Below, piece after piece: positions 61,401 through 64,000 of a DNA stretch of 64,000 nucleotides. The position numbers and the translations under genes were made by a program. Source of the stretch: Cyanophora paradoxa CCMP329 (Eukaryota; Plantae; Glaucophyta); NCBI GenBank assembly GCA_004431415.1, contig QPMI01000423.1, positions 248,001-312,000 on the forward strand. The letters run 5' to 3'. The stretch's first letter is position 1; the number at the start of each line of letters is the position of its first letter. The notes beneath the pieces are model-generated. The model did not search any database, was not told the origin of the DNA, and saw nothing but the letters and a program-made list of their open reading frames with translations.

Positions 61401-64000
61401 AGGCGCTTCGCAACCCAAAGCCCAGCGGTGCGACCCGCCCGCCCCGCCCCGCCCCGCCCCGCCGCCTTCTGTAGAGCAACCGCCCTTCGTCCTCGTCGGG
61501 CCGCGCCCCGCCGCTAACCACTCTTCACCCTTCTACAAAGCAACCGCTCCTCTAGAGAGCAAGCCTTCTATATAGAGCACCCGCCACTATAGAGCAAGCT
61601 TTCGATGGAGCGACCGCTCTGCTTCCTGGCCTCGTCGGACGAACGTTCCTGTGCTCGGCCGTGTGGCTGATGACTCGCCGCAGACGCCCTGCGGACGGCG
61701 CTGACGTCACGCGTCGACAAGCTCTCCCCGGGCCAGCTCTTCTCCATCAAGGCCCGTACCCCCCCCTCTCCAAACACACAACCTGGTCGCTCATCTGAGC
61801 TCATCTGGGCGGCGGGGTACAGGTGGCGAGCGTGCTGGGGCAGCGCTTCGCGGTGGGCGACGTCCTCGCCGTCCACCCGGTACTCCCCTCCCCTCCCCCC
61901 ACCCACCCCGCCCCCGCCCCGTCCCTCCATCCGACTCCTTCGCTTCAGGGCGACGGCGTGGCGGCGGGGCAACTGGAGGGGGACTACGAGGCCCTCTGCG
62001 CCGCCGGCCTCCTCGTGCGCACCCCGCCCCGCCCCGTCGGTCGGGCCCCGTCGGGCCCCGCCCCCGCCCCTCTTCTCGGCCCCTCTCACCCCCCCCTCCT
62101 CCCCCCCCCCTTCGTTCGCAGCGGGAGGTGATCTCGGAGGCGGCGGCGGGCCCCGCCTACGAGTTCGTCCTTACCTCCGCCCGCGTGCGTACCCCTTCCC
62201 GGCCCGGGGAGGGGGGTTGCTGCCCCCGGGCCGCTGGTTGTAAGCGCCGCCCCTTGCTAACGACGACTGCCCCCCGCCCCGCCCCGCCCCGCCCCCGCCC
62301 CGCCCCGCCCCCGCCCCGCCAAGTCTTTAAGCAAGCTCTAAAGCCGCTGCTCTGTTAATTCACGTAGAACTAACGGCGGCTAATTATTTATGTGATTTCA
62401 GGACGTGGTGTACAGCCTGCTGCCGGTGGCCGAGCGCCGGCGCCTCCACCGCACCTACGCCGTCCACGTCGAGGCGCGCCCTGTCTTTCCTGTCTCCCAT
62501 CCTACCCTATCTTCCTTACGCCTCTGGGCAGGCGCGGGAGAGGGAGCGGATCCGGGCGCTGCTGGTGGAGCGCGGGGAGACGCCCGCCCCGGGCTCCGAG
62601 AGCATGAGCCTCGCCGCGTGCGCCCCGACTTGCCCCGCCCCGCCTCCCGCCCCCCGCCTCGCCCCGTGCGGCTCTAGTGGCTGTCCGACTTCAGCTCTAT
62701 GACTCTCGCCCCTCTCTCCCTGATCTCCCGCCCCGGCCCCCGCCGCCCCGCCTGGGCCTCTCTAGCTATCCGACCCTCGCCCCCGCTCCGCGCGCCCCTA
62801 ACCTCTCCCCTCCCCCCCCCCCCCCCCCCTAACCCCCCCCCGGGCAGGTCGGAGGGCTCCTCGGAGGCGCTGCTGGACGCGGCGACGCTAGACCTCCTCG
62901 CCCGCCACTGGCTCGCCGCCGACGACCTCGCCGCCGTGCGCCGCGCCGTACCCCCCGCCGCAACCCCCCACCCCGTCTTCTTCTTCCCCGGCTCTAGCCG
63001 CCCAGCCGCCTAGCCGCCCAGCCGACTCGGCGCCGACGTCCGCTTTAGCCTCGCGCCTGCCCCCCCCCCCCCCCCCCCCCCCCCCCTCCTCCTTTACCTT
63101 CTTCAAGCTAGCTGGCTAGCCACGCCCCCGCTTCCCGCTAGCTAGTAGAGCGCTCCAGCCGCTGAGCCGCTAGCCGCCAGCCGCCCGCCGCCGCTGCAAC
63201 CCGCCCCCCTCCTACATCGGCGTGCTCTAGATCTTGCCGCTAAGCCGCGTCCCTGATTTGATCCGCGCTCCTCTCCGCCCCTTCTCGCCTCCTGATTTGA
63301 CTCGCGCAGGCTATGCCGTACCTGGAGCGGAGCGCAGGGGCCGCCCTCGAAGGCTTCGCCAACGTCGAGGTGCGAGCCGGCCCGCCGGCCGGCCGGCCCC
63401 TTGGCCCCGCCCCGATTCTTTAGTGCCGCACTTGGCTCCGCCCCCCTTCACCAACCTTCCTCGACCTTCCTCAACGTTCCTCCGACCAGCCCCTCGCTCC
63501 AGCACTGATCGCTCCCCTTGAGCTCTCCGCTGCCTTTCCTCTTCCGCGCCGGCCCGCCCCGCCCCCGCCCCCGCCCCAGCCCCAGCCCCAGCAGCACCCC
63601 CCCCCCTCCCCCTCCCCCCTCACTCCCCCCCCCCTCCCTTTCAGGCGCAGCGGATGTTCGAGGACCTGCTGGCGCGCTTCCCCGACGCGGGGACCCTCAA
63701 GCGCGCCGTCTGGACCGGCGGCCTCGCAGAGGTCCGTCCGCCCTCCGCCCTGCGCCCCTCGCCTCGCCCCGCGAGGCCCTGCGCGCCTCGCCCCGCTCCG
63801 CCCTGCGCGCCCACCCTAGGGCTGCCTCCTAAGATGCCCGAGCCGCCTTTCTGACGCCGCCATCGCTATCTGCGCTACGCTCCGATCCGATCCGGTCTGA
63901 TCCGATCCGGCCCGGTCCGGCCCGGTGCGCAGGTGTGCAGCCGGATGGGGCGGTACGAGCAGGCGATCGAGCACGCGAAGCGCGCCCTCGTCCTCCTCAA
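55430..64000 (+). CDS. Soluble-type (ADCY10-like) adenylyl cyclase: two class III cyclase domains + STAND/AAA P-loop NTPase + TPR-like region; runs off the window
   Basis: ALFDLTGFS; GGDILSFMGDG; DKGMVFIGIFGL.PMSHDDDPARC; EFSVFGNVINKAARLM; Walker A GDSGSGKS; Walker B LLVFEDVHNAD; RVDKLSPGQLFSIKVASVLGQRF; MGRYEQAIEHAKRAL. Confidence 0.92.

Overview
Eukaryotic nuclear DNA from a very GC-rich, intron-dense protist or alga. Short introns, GT/GC donors and C-rich intron tracts suggest the glaucophyte Cyanophora or similar; this is inference only. Most entries in the ORF track are GC artefacts, so I rebuilt gene models by hand from splice sites. Contents in order: a ~145-bp satellite with higher-order structure (1-2.4 kb); a mosaic of MITE-like modules and palindromic filler (3.1-5.4 kb, with a related mosaic at 21.9-23.8 kb); a two-domain F-type lectin gene with 10-nt microexons; a near-identical 1.84-kb tandem duplication covering the 3' ends of two convergent genes; ABC1/ADCK1 kinase with an intronic minisatellite made of copies of its own exon; a beta-helix protein; an orphan ~7-TM protein; a PKD2-like channel with C-terminal RyR repeats; an EF-hand-like protein; a coiled-coil protein; F-box/LRR; SPF30; a GLTP-fold protein; RPN13; ICE2/NARG2; a CCR4/Angel-type EEP nuclease; and a soluble-type adenylyl cyclase-STAND NTPase-TPR gene that runs off the end. 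I found no rRNA, tRNA, CRISPR array or intact transposase. CDS spans include introns.
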